Below, piece by piece: positions 10,873 through 21,002 of a DNA stretch of 55,499 nucleotides (position 1 is the first letter of the stretch; each line of letters begins with the position of its first letter). The DNA lies in the NCBI GenBank assembly GCA_003707115.1, contig PPNB01000010.1:248001-303499 (forward strand), in the 5' to 3' direction. This DNA is from Tortispora ganteri (taxonomy: Eukaryota). The notes below the pieces were generated by a model. That model was not told the DNA's origin. It searched no databases and was given only the letters and a program-made list of their open reading frames with translations. The translations under genes were made by a program, and so were the position numbers.

Positions 10873-12579
10873 TTACTTAGAAACGTTGTTTTCACACGTA
10901 TCAGGCAACCTGCCGATCCTTATTAATCCATTAGCCATTCCTGTAGCATATATGCCGTTATGTCCCCAACAGCATGCCGTGACACCCTGCTTGTTCCCCA
11001 TCGCCAAGACCTCCGAAGTGCTGACCGGCATGTGACTCGTAGTGGTAGATCCTTTATTACTATTAATAGTAACTCCAACTCTTTTTCTAACTTCTTCGGG
11101 TTTGAATCCATCAATAAATCTATAGGCGTCCCTTTCGCAATCGTACTTCAGCTGCCATAACTGAACTTGCCGAAACTGCTTGCCTGTGTCGTGCTTATTT
11201 AGGAACTTTCGAATGATATTGGACGTCTTAAGAGTACCGTCGATAGATCCTGTTAGTACCACTGGATGTTCAGGAGATGCACTTATCGTTGTCAATGTGC
11301 CATTGTGCCATGATACTAACCCACCCCAATGTACATTTCGGAGAGAACCTAGTCTGCAGTTTAGTGAGTCTTCTACCCATAAAAATCCATGCATGTGTCT
11401 CGACCATTCAACAGGTGAGCCGAACGACTGATACCGTTTCCATTTTAGTTGTGCAAGCGTTTTCAAATCAAGCACTAAAAACTGCCCATCTGTGCTCATG
11501 ACTCCAATGCGTCCGGGGTATTCTGGGTAGGCAGAATTGATGCCTATGATATAAGAGCTGTGACAAGGCACCACCATCTCAAACATTAAAGTATGAAGTG
11601 AATATAAACCAACATAACCATTATCAAATCCCATCACTATCTCATTAGGGCCGTTCCAGGTGGCGCACGAGATAAGGGACATTGAGCTCTCGATAGTTAC
11701 TGAGGGGGTTTCGAGATGATGGTATGTTACGTCATTTGAGCCAACTAGACCCTCGAAGTCCAAGACTCTGGCATTACCATCTTGGAACACACACAGACAC
11801 TGAAGAGTATTGTCACGCCATTTTATGTTCCATGCGGAACCCCAGCTGTGGGTTACAACTGCAGTTAGCGTAGGCGACATTGTGGTCTCATCATAGGACC
11901 ATAATTGGATAACACCTAGAGATAGTTTTCTTTCAAAGGCTGAGGATGGCACAGCAGCATAGCGTTCAGTGTCGGATAGCAAAGAAACGGCAAGTATGTG
12001 GTGAGTATCTATGTGAGTCCAACTCATGTCGGTAACATAGTAGCCTGTATTAATGGTGTTAACGTAGGCAGTACCTGCTTCGATAGTGACGAGCTGCGTA
12101 TCAGTGTCGATGAGATAAACAACACGGTCATTAAGTAGTTCTTGTGGAGACTGTGCATTGAATATTGTACGCGGGAGAGTAATAAGGTCTATTTGTGGGC
12201 GTTCGAGGACCGGCCAAGTGTATGGATCAGGTAAATGTACCAGGACTGGCGACCAAAATTCGCGCTGATGCACGCGATCCGCCAGTAAAGTAATATCGAA
12301 GCCAAATTGCTGAGTAAAAAGCATATCCAATGAAGTAGATTTATCGATTCTGACAATTTTGTTGATCCCTTCTTGTTGTTTTTTGGCAGGTACGGAAACA
12401 ATTGACGCGGTAGATTGATCGCGGTCACTAACGTCACTACCGCCGTCTGTTGCCATACTAGAGTCACTTATATTGCCATCTAAACTTACATCACTATCTG
12501 CTGAATCATTTTCAGCATCATCATTGCCAAATTGACTGTAATTTATCAGGTTTCGACGTCTCGTAGATCGTCTGGACAT
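10873..12579 (-). CDS. TFC6: WD40 protein, probable TFIIIC subunit Tfc6/Sfc6
   Basis: Real ATG at 12579 (MSRRSTRRRNLINY). Basic/acidic N-terminus followed by WD repeats (HSWGSAWNIKW, HPVVLTGSIDG, ATGMANGLIRI). Confidence 0.7.
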   Translation of the reverse strand: MSRRSTRRRNLINYSQFGNDDAENDSADSDVSLDGNISDSSMATDGGSDVSDRDQSTASIVSVPAKKQQEGINKIVRIDKSTSLDMLFTQQFGFDITLLADRVHQREFWSPVLVHLPDPYTWPVLERPQIDLITLPRTIFNAQSPQELLNDRVVYLIDTDTQLVTIEAGTAYVNTINTGYYVTDMSWTHIDTHHILAVSLLSDTERYAAVPSSAFERKLSLGVIQLWSYDETTMSPTLTAVVTHSWGSAWNIKWRDNTLQCLCVFQDGNARVLDFEGLVGSNDVTYHHLETPSVTIESSMSLISCATWNGPNEIVMGFDNGYVGLYSLHTLMFEMVVPCHSSYIIGINSAYPEYPGRIGVMSTDGQFLVLDLKTLAQLKWKRYQSFGSPVEWSRHMHGFLWVEDSLNCRLGSLRNVHWGGLVSWHNGTLTTISASPEHPVVLTGSIDGTLKTSNIIRKFLNKHDTGKQFRQVQLWQLKYDCERDAYRFIDGFKPEEVRKRVGVTINSNKGSTTTSHMPVSTSEVLAMGNKQGVTACCWGHNGIYATGMANGLIRIGRLPDTCENNVSK

Positions 12580-12702
12580 CGTGCAGCGTGGGATGACGAG
12601 ATCCCAACAATAAACTATGCGAAGGCCCACTTAATCCACACTCTTTATACTCGCCCCACCCTTCTACCCATCTACGGCTTTTCAGCACTAAAACAATCAC
12701 AA

Positions 12703-13884
12703 ATGGACGAAGAAAAATGCTGGATTTGCCTCGAAACACATACAGAGGATATAGAAAACAGAAAATGGGTTAGACCTTGCGCATGCAGTCTTACTGCACA
12801 CGAACAATGCTTACTTGACTGGCTCCTAGAGTCAAAGAACCTCACATGCCCACAATGCGGCAGTGCTATTCGCATAGAGTCCGCATCCAGCGTGTTCAGC
12901 AGTAAGAGTATCGCCTTCTACGATAACTTACAACTAATTTACAGAACAGGTTTAAAAACGTTGTTTATCGGATCAATCGCCGGCGCTTCTATATCGAGCA
13001 TATACTCTACGTTATTTGCCATTGGGGCAGCACAGCTGCGTGTAATGTGCCCAAGAGACATGGCCTTTAATGCGCTTGGCGTCTCGCAAGTATCTGAAAG
13101 CGAATACAAACTTTTGCCTCTAGACGGTAAACGACTTACACTTATCCCCATGATCCCCGTGTGTCTTGTGTGCTCCCGTATGAACAACTCGGCAGCTAAT
13201 GGCGTCATCTCATGGGTCATGTTCCTCGCTTCAGTTTCAACACCTTTCAACTACAAACAGTTCGTATCCTCGCTGAAGCCAAGTGAACCGATAGGAACGC
13301 TCTGGCTTGTCATGGAAGCAAGACTCGTTTATATGTATTTCTATGATAAGTACATCCTGCCCAAACTCAGCCATTGGGTAGCAGAGTCGTTCACGTACCG
13401 TCGAGATCTCGAACTGTTGCTTACGAATAACGTTAACAATGGCAACCAGGTCGGCACATTACGTAATATGTTTGCAGCGCTCCCCAACGCGTTTCCGCGG
13501 ATCGATGTAGAGCTTGAAGTGCTGGACGGCATCAATGCTGCTCCAGACCAGCCGCATCATGATCCGCCAATGGCCGATAACCAGCAGAATCACCGTAACC
13601 AGGAACAGATCCGCATGGCTCAGAGACGCCGCGCTCGCAATATAATATTCGGTGTCGATACACTCTTCGGTATATTAAGCCCCTTGTTGCTACCTTCCGC
13701 TAGTGCTTTCGCAGGCAATCTTATCGGAAAGCTGCCTTTCTTCAAAAAGATGAACGTGTTTTCTAGGAACGTAGTCGCGGGCTCGATCCTTATCGTTCTG
13801 AATGATCTCATATACATTGGTGTGACATACTTGAGAGCTAAAGACAGAAAGGGCCTGAGGATCGCCGCTTACAAGAAAAAATGA
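12703..13884 (+). CDS. RING-CH (RINGv) membrane E3 ubiquitin ligase, MARCH5-like
   Basis: ATG at 12703. The C4HC3 RING CWIC...WVRPCACSLTAHEQCLLDW...CPQC is followed by several hydrophobic segments. Confidence 0.88.
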   Translation: MDEEKCWICLETHTEDIENRKWVRPCACSLTAHEQCLLDWLLESKNLTCPQCGSAIRIESASSVFSSKSIAFYDNLQLIYRTGLKTLFIGSIAGASISSIYSTLFAIGAAQLRVMCPRDMAFNALGVSQVSESEYKLLPLDGKRLTLIPMIPVCLVCSRMNNSAANGVISWVMFLASVSTPFNYKQFVSSLKPSEPIGTLWLVMEARLVYMYFYDKYILPKLSHWVAESFTYRRDLELLLTNNVNNGNQVGTLRNMFAALPNAFPRIDVELEVLDGINAAPDQPHHDPPMADNQQNHRNQEQIRMAQRRRARNIIFGVDTLFGILSPLLLPSASAFAGNLIGKLPFFKKMNVFSRNVVAGSILIVLNDLIYIGVTYLRAKDRKGLRIAAYKKK

Positions 13885-15914
13885 AAGCGCAAAGTAATGC
13901 CACTATTTCATGTTTGTTTTCGATAAAAGTTCACCTCTATATCCCGCAGCTTGGTGTACGTGCTCCCGATGGTATCTGTTGACCCTGATTTCTTGCGCAT
14001 TTCGTGACTGATGAAACTATCGATATCGTCGAGGTATGCGGCAGCGCAATGCTGCACCGCCAATTTCTCATACCACGAGCTGCGGGTGCGTGCGTCTTTT
14101 TCGCTCTGTATTTTGGCAATATTCATATCATAAGCAATGCAGATCGAGATTGGTCTCTTTGAGGTAGCTACGGCGTGCGGTGCGGTTGCGGTTTCGCTAT
14201 ATTTCGGATGGAAAATTGCAGAGTATTAAGCGCGTTTTTGGCCCAAGAAGGATCTACGCGAGGCTTTAGCGAAGTCTATGACGTCGTAATCGAAATGGTA
14301 GCTAATGATATCGAACGAGACGAAACGCCGTGCAGCTTAATGGGAATGTGACAGAGTGTGTACGCGTACTACGGGCGGAGCGGTGTTTGGTAGTAGATAT
14401 CGAAAACCGTTTGTCACACATTTTGTGTGGTTCTGGGTTCGGGGTATTCGCCCACTTTAAGGTGGCTCTATCGAACCGGTTTTTAGAAGCGAAATCTGCC
14501 GACACATTAGCACTAAAGGCCGGCACCGTTTAGTGTCTGAAATAATTACGCCCTGCTTAAATCATATGATACTATTACTACACTGTGCGGTGTATTAGCG
14601 GATACGTCCGGGTGCGTGACAGTATTCTGGATCACACAGGAGGGTCGCCCAATGTCGGTGAAGGCCGAGATGGTCCGGTAGAAGAAGCTTAATTTAACAT
14701 GACGCTCATGTAATATCCGAAAATGGTAGGCACAACAGACTGCGGCTGCATTGTGTGCCGGCATAGAAGAAATCGGGAACCTTCGCAGAATTGAGACTAT
14801 AGTCCCGGCCTTAGCCTAGGCGGCATTATGAGTGTATGCGCTTCTGCGTTTGGTGCTGTCTTCAAAGCATTACAGATTATGTAATGCCCCTGGATCTAAA
14901 TACGAATGGACTCGCTGAAAGCTACGACAATGCAATAATAGCGAAATAAATTAAAACATAGAAAACCCTCCGACGAATCAGGGACGTTAGTGCGACATTG
15001 GCGAACTAAATAGAAATTAGCAGCTTATCAGCATAACATTCGCAAGAGTGGTTCTAAAAATAATGCTGATTTAGGAATCTTTTTAGCGCAGAATTCCTGC
15101 TACCCGAATGTGGTCAGTCGGTCAATCGCTTTGATTGGTTGGTGGCATTCTTGACAGACTAATTTTAGCGATGGATTTCCCAGCAAAGTACAACGTCGTA
15201 TACCGTTAGATCAATAAGCTGGATATGAAAAATGCTATCGGGATTTATAACGGGCTTTTTCGGGCTCGGTGAGAAGAATCACATGGGCATATTCAATTGC
15301 ATAGTGTGACACGGCACATAAAACAATTCGTAGTCGATTGTTGCCAATAAGCTATGTTCGGCCAATCGGCTGAAACCGAATTCCAGGAATGAACCCCGGT
15401 ATCTTGCGCTTCTTTTTTCAGGCCCCACTTGGCTTCTCTTTCAGTCGGGCCGGCATTCCTTATCCCACCATTGTCGCCGCCCACTTTTGCCTCGGTGGGC
15501 ACTAATTCCCAACATCTACACGCTCCTATTTCTGCCCATCGCCCAATCCTCAACTCTAACATTGTTAAACTGCACATATTAGCCAATAGCACAGCTTTAA
15601 TAACTGGAACACTTCCTAAACAAGAAATACCTGCTAACCGCTCTTGCCTCGTTTCGTATAAACTATCCCACGCCAGTCAATCTTATATCAATCACAACTC
15701 TTACTCTGTCACCCCCCCCTTTTCCGCGCTTTCTATATATCATCTTGTTCTCTTTTGGACTGCAGTTTTTCCTTATCTGCTTCACGCATATCCCTTTTGC
15801 TTTTATCTTCTAACTGACTTCCTTCTACATTGACCTGCTAATCTGTTCCCTTTCCCCTTCTCCATACTATCGCATAATACCCATCGGATGTCCCCGAATA
15901 CTCGCATATAGCTA

Positions 15915-16820
15915 ATGGCCTCACAAATACAATCTCGTCCATTCAATTTCAGAAAACATTCTCGCAGATCTATGTCGTCTCACGACCCTGTCGCTGCTCT
16001 TTTGGCGCAAACAATCATACCGCCCCGCAGGCGCTCTGTCCAGCTCAGCATTCTACTTTCCGCCCCAGATCTTGACGCGGACGACACCGACTCCGCATCC
16101 CACACATCAGAATCTTCAGCCGTCTCATCCTGCGGCAACTCCATTGACGATTACTTGCCTAAGAGAAAGTTACGTTATCTCTCTGAGCCGGTCATAGTGC
16201 ATCCGCTTGACTCAAAGCTAGCGGACACCGCAGACCCTCTCATTCCCGACAACCATTTCTCCTCACATCCCCTCTCGATATCGCCTCCTTCATACTTCTC
16301 CAAGAAGTCACTGCCTTCTCCTACTAAATTTTCTTTCATGTCTAATCTCACTGCATCGCTTCGCCAACTGAGCAGATCTATCGCTCTATCGAACGATGCC
16401 CGTACAATGATCCCTTCAGCGAAACCTTCTCCCGTCGATGCACCTGAGTCTTTGACTCAGGCTGATCCTTCGACTATGGATCACAACTACGCGCAAGCAG
16501 CCTCCATGCTTTCCACATGGTCATTCGATGAATCAGAATCTTTGGCTTTTTCCCGTCCCTTGGACGACATGCCTGTCGCGGAAAACTATCAGAAAATCTC
16601 CTTCGGAATGGGTGAGTCTGGTCTGCTACCTCTTCGCCCTCGCCATAACAGACAGGGCTCTGACTTTATGAGACTCCTTGCAATAGAAATGTCTATGCGA
16701 CAGTCAGGTAAGCTCCATATGTCTGATTTTGGCTGCCTGTGCCGCCCTCACATGGTGGTGGCTCCAAGAACTAATGACGTCCTCAAACCTGCATCTCTCC
16801 GTCTAGCTCAACTTAGCTAA
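15915..16820 (+). CDS. Conserved fungal Ser/Pro-rich protein of unknown function
   Basis: 301-aa ORF. The C-terminal SDFMRLLAIEMSMRQSGKL resembles an FLR...EMxMR..GKL motif of an uncharacterised ascomycete family. Confidence 0.75.
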   Translation: MASQIQSRPFNFRKHSRRSMSSHDPVAALLAQTIIPPRRRSVQLSILLSAPDLDADDTDSASHTSESSAVSSCGNSIDDYLPKRKLRYLSEPVIVHPLDSKLADTADPLIPDNHFSSHPLSISPPSYFSKKSLPSPTKFSFMSNLTASLRQLSRSIALSNDARTMIPSAKPSPVDAPESLTQADPSTMDHNYAQAASMLSTWSFDESESLAFSRPLDDMPVAENYQKISFGMGESGLLPLRPRHNRQGSDFMRLLAIEMSMRQSGKLHMSDFGCLCRPHMVVAPRTNDVLKPASLRLAQLS

Positions 16821-16998
16821 TCTCTCTGTCTTACTTAATTTTTTGTTTACAGGTTTGAACTGCTTTGTAATGTCCTTTTTACGATAACAATTTGGGTAAT
16901 TCAATATATACAATAAGTGCTTTAATATTGTCCACTACCTCTATTAGTAAATAACGTATTTGTCATGCATTAATAGGTCATGTGTGTGTTCATCTTTA

Positions 16999-19398
16999 TC
17001 ACACAAAAATGTCTTTGAACTTCTTTCCATTACCATGAGGATGTCTCACACTTCGTTTGTGTGTATTATGCTCTTGTTTCCTCGAATCGTCTATTTTTGA
17101 TACAAAGACGCCCATGCGGCCTGCTGACATCCAGATATTTTTGCCCAGCTTCGCAGGCAGTTTTCTTCCGTAAAGGCACTGATCAACAATCCATGTCCCT
17201 AATATAAATTCTTCACGACACAGGTACCCTTTGAAGTTCCGGTCTACTAAGTTCCAGATTTGCATCAAAAGTTCGTCGTCCAGCAGTGATCGTCGCCATA
17301 TTTCTCTGATAACCAGTCCGTGTACCACATCCACCTCCATATTGCCAAACGGGTCCATCAGTTTCTCTTTATTATCTATGTTGACTCCAATTGCAACTGC
17401 ATCCACTCCAAATAAAGGTGACATTCGCCAATCATTCAAAACATATCGATCCCTGTTGGCCTCCCATACACCTTCGATGCGCTTTCTGTCGGTTTCTGAT
17501 AGCTGCATCCGTTCGGTGGCAGTATGGCTTTTCCAAGGTTCATCCACATTAAACACTCTCTTACTGCGTTTCTTCCGCATAGTGGGCAGCAGTCGTACGG
17601 GCGAGACTTCAATTCTCTCTGGATGTGAAGCCCTTAGTCCTCGACCGGCACGTAACTCGTCACTCTCATCAGCTGCGGCGTCCGTAGATATAAATGGTTC
17701 GTTTTTCGTGACACTAAGCGATATAGGAGATTCAGTGACTGCCACTGTCGTGGGGATTGGAGACGGTTCTCGGCTGAGATTGCGGTAGTCTTCCAGGAAC
17801 ATCTCGTCGTCGCTAGCAAGACTCAGTTCACTGCCCGACAATCCAGGAAGCATGCGTCTTTCCAGCGCTGGTCGAGTTATTTCAGCCGGTTTCGCTGGCG
17901 AAACTTTAGGAATCTCTAAAAATACGGAATAACTGCGATTTCTGGTTTTCCTTTGATTGTCTGTAAGTGCACTGTTGGGTTTTAAGGAATCACCAGAGTC
18001 GCCAAACGGTGTAGGCCTCGTAACCGTCTGAATCATTCCGAAGGAGTGTTGCTGTTGAGCGCTTGCCGGAATAAGATGGTCCAAGGGCTTACTGGTGACC
18101 TCATAGCTTAGCCGTCGCGCTTTTAAAAGGTTGTGAAGGTCCTTCTTGTCGATGGCACGTTTGTTGGTGGGGAAAGCAGTGTCTGCAGCAATATGTAGCA
18201 GGTGTTTGGGCGCTTCTGCCACTGCAATAATTGGCCTTATAGGAATAGGTGCATCGTGATGATGTTTCTTCTCTGGTTTTATGCAATTGTAATCTGGTAC
18301 GGAGAGGTGCGATATGGAAGGATCGATCGAGTCGTCGGATTTTTGTTCAGATGGTGAAGTTGGTTCGGTTGCTTGTGCTGGTAGTTGCCCTGATTTTTTA
18401 GAAAAGAAACGTTTGAATATATTGCGCTTGCGCTTTATATTACCTTTAGGGAGATCAGAAGGTGGCTTGTCTGTAGAGGTTCGTACTGTCTCTGGGAACT
18501 TTGGAATATCGGCTGGTACAGGTTCTGGCGGCGGGTGGTCCAGAAGATCGCCCGGAAATCGTGAAGAGGCGGGTTTGTTTTCACTAGATGCAATGCTTTC
18601 GTATTGGTTACCAAAGGAGAAAGCATGGAGAACGGGACGTCTTGGGGTGTGGAACTCTGGCGACTTGCGGGGCTGCCATGGTGGAGTAGGCGGGGGCCGT
18701 AGATCGGGCGATGAGGCCAAGGGGTCTATATTTGCCGCGTCATGAACTTCACGCTTGTCATAAGCTATATCGTCTATTAGTTGTGAAAAGTGTGCCTGAG
18801 ATTTGGCGTAAGACTGGACGTCGTTCCAGCGGTCCTGTTCTGCGATGAAGGATTCGACGTGTTTGTTAGCGGCGGAAGCTGCCAGTACTGCGTGCGATTG
18901 CAGTTTTCTTGAAGGTGATGAAGACTTTGAGCGCAATGTCGCGGAGTGAGAAGGAGGATCAATTGAAAGAGTAGTGCTGGCGGCCATGGTTGCTGCAGTT
19001 TTACTGCTAGTGGCTGGGGCCGGAACTCCGATGGAGGGCGAAGAGATTTTGAAAGAATGTGAACTGTTTGCTAGTTTATTGTGTGCTTTTGAGTGAGCTT
19101 TTGGTGAATCTGATCTATTAATGTCTGAATTGCATACGTCGACAGCTTTAGTTGCCGCCGTGAAAGCCGCATTAACAGTGCTTTGTTGTTTTGGTGGTGC
19201 TTGTTTGGTTAGTTTAGCTGCATTTGCAATGCTGTATTGCTTTGGCAGTTTCTGTAGTGGCAAGGAAGATGATTTAGATGTATCTTTCGAACGAGCAACG
19301 AACATAGCGGCGGCTAGTGCGGCATTGCTGGCTGCCGGTTTAGTAACAGCAGTGCCAGCAGAGCCAGTGTGGCTAGTGGGGCTCAACGAGCGGTCCAT
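16999..19398 (-). CDS. IRS4: Irs4/Tax4-like EH-domain protein
   Basis: ATG at 19398. Disordered N-terminus with AALAAA patches; C-terminal FNVDEPWKSH, RKRIEGVWEAN and the EH domain IWRRSLL...IWNLVD...EEFILGTWIVDQCLYGRKLP. Confidence 0.85.
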   Translation of the reverse strand: MDRSLSPTSHTGSAGTAVTKPAASNAALAAAMFVARSKDTSKSSSLPLQKLPKQYSIANAAKLTKQAPPKQQSTVNAAFTAATKAVDVCNSDINRSDSPKAHSKAHNKLANSSHSFKISSPSIGVPAPATSSKTAATMAASTTLSIDPPSHSATLRSKSSSPSRKLQSHAVLAASAANKHVESFIAEQDRWNDVQSYAKSQAHFSQLIDDIAYDKREVHDAANIDPLASSPDLRPPPTPPWQPRKSPEFHTPRRPVLHAFSFGNQYESIASSENKPASSRFPGDLLDHPPPEPVPADIPKFPETVRTSTDKPPSDLPKGNIKRKRNIFKRFFSKKSGQLPAQATEPTSPSEQKSDDSIDPSISHLSVPDYNCIKPEKKHHHDAPIPIRPIIAVAEAPKHLLHIAADTAFPTNKRAIDKKDLHNLLKARRLSYEVTSKPLDHLIPASAQQQHSFGMIQTVTRPTPFGDSGDSLKPNSALTDNQRKTRNRSYSVFLEIPKVSPAKPAEITRPALERRMLPGLSGSELSLASDDEMFLEDYRNLSREPSPIPTTVAVTESPISLSVTKNEPFISTDAAADESDELRAGRGLRASHPERIEVSPVRLLPTMRKKRSKRVFNVDEPWKSHTATERMQLSETDRKRIEGVWEANRDRYVLNDWRMSPLFGVDAVAIGVNIDNKEKLMDPFGNMEVDVVHGLVIREIWRRSLLDDELLMQIWNLVDRNFKGYLCREEFILGTWIVDQCLYGRKLPAKLGKNIWMSAGRMGVFVSKIDDSRKQEHNTHKRSVRHPHGNGKKFKDIFV

Positions 19399-19547
19399 GC
19401 GGCAGCGATCGTGACCAATGCAGAGAGAAAAGGTATACAGAAACAATCCAAATATGCTTAATTGCTTGTCAGCATTACAAGTAGTTAAATAGAATCAAGT
19501 ATCGTAGCCTCTGGATGAGCGTAGGGTTATACACTGCGGAATGCTTT

Positions 19548-19563
19548 AGAGAGAGAGAGAGAG
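19548..19563. repeat. (AG)8 microsatellite in the IRS4 upstream region
   Basis: Direct reading: agagagagagagagag. Confidence 0.9.
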
Positions 19564-19898
19564 GCTTGCGAACGATGTTGTTGGGTAGTAGTAAGAAAGA
19601 GGTTGGTTTACCTGGTCTTATTGATGACGCCGCGTTTCCTAATTGGGAATCACAATCATTTTTAGCTTAGTAATAAATTTACTAATAACCAAACGAGGTC
19701 AAATCAGCTATTAAAGCGCACACAAATCCTTTGCGAGTAAAAAGTTTGCACCAGATCTGAGAATATTCACAACGCGACAATCTCTCAGGGTCGTTCCTGT
19801 TTAGGCAAATTCCCGTAGTTTCTATTGAGATTTTTCCTGTTGCTTCCCGTAACTCTATTTCCCCACAATCACCACATACTGCTAACCGACGCAGAAAA

Positions 19899-20843
19899 AT
19901 GACTACATCGCCAGTATCTGTGCTTTCACCGCTAGTCACTCGTGTTTTGGGCTGCAATCCGGGTAAATTTACACTCGACGGTACAAACACTTACCTTGTA
20001 GGCCGCGGTAATCGCAAACTCCTTATCGACACCGGCGACGGCGTTCCCGAATATCACCGTGCTCTCCGCAACTACCTGAACGAAAACAAAGTTGAACTAT
20101 CAGCCATTCTCCTTACTCATTGGCACCCGGATCATATTGGCGGCGTTTCCCAGATCCTTGAAGACCTCAAACCAGCCAATATTCCCGTTTACAAAGCGCC
20201 TTCGACCGAATCGACCGGCCCTAGTGCACTCGCCCCAACCTTGCCTAACTCCACTCCGCTTTCGCCCTTAGGTACATGGGTTTGTCAGCCCATTCATGAC
20301 GGTCAAATCTTTGGCCAGGACGAAGGAGTGAAACTTCAGGGATTTCATACCCCAGGCCACGCTGATGACCATTTTGTCTTCTATCTGCACGACGAGGACG
20401 CGCTCTTCTCGGGTGATAACGTCCTCGGACGCGGTACTGCCGTCTTTACAGATCTCAAAGTCTACCTCGCATCGTTAAATAGGACCGTAGATTTGGTAGG
20501 ATCAAAGCTCAAACTTCTCTACCCGGGCCACGGTCCTACCACGGGTATACAGGGTGAGAATTCAGAATGCTCTGCTCTCGAAAAGATCAACCAATATATA
20601 TCCCACAGATTACAACGTGAAACTGAGATCTTAGCACTCATGAAAGAGAGATCAACAAAAGGAATGGGTTCTACTTCAAGGGAAATTGTGGAAATCATTT
20701 ACAAGGATTATCCGTCAACTATATGGTATGCAGCAGAGATGGGGATCAAACTCCACCTCAAGAAACTGACAGATGACGGAAAAACCTACCAGAACAGTAA
20801 TACGTGGTATCTGTCGGAGGCGTATTTGTCTGGAAAATTGTAA
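19899..20843 (+). CDS. Metallo-beta-lactamase-fold protein, LACTB2-like
   Basis: NPGKFTLDGTNTYLVG, THWHPDHIGG (HxHxDH), HTPGHADDH, FSGDNVLG, YPGHG and a C-terminal winged-helix-like region. Confidence 0.92.
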   Translation: MTTSPVSVLSPLVTRVLGCNPGKFTLDGTNTYLVGRGNRKLLIDTGDGVPEYHRALRNYLNENKVELSAILLTHWHPDHIGGVSQILEDLKPANIPVYKAPSTESTGPSALAPTLPNSTPLSPLGTWVCQPIHDGQIFGQDEGVKLQGFHTPGHADDHFVFYLHDEDALFSGDNVLGRGTAVFTDLKVYLASLNRTVDLVGSKLKLLYPGHGPTTGIQGENSECSALEKINQYISHRLQRETEILALMKERSTKGMGSTSREIVEIIYKDYPSTIWYAAEMGIKLHLKKLTDDGKTYQNSNTWYLSEAYLSGKL

Positions 20844-21002
20844 GGTGGCGAACTACAAGTGTTGCCACTTAGCAAAGAATTCTAGGCTTCTCATGAATAC
20901 GACTCCATTGGATCTCACTCATAGTACCTAAAATAATAACTACCGATCACATCGCATTTATTTATTCTAACATCTTTTAACAATATATAAGTGTCAATAT
21001 GA

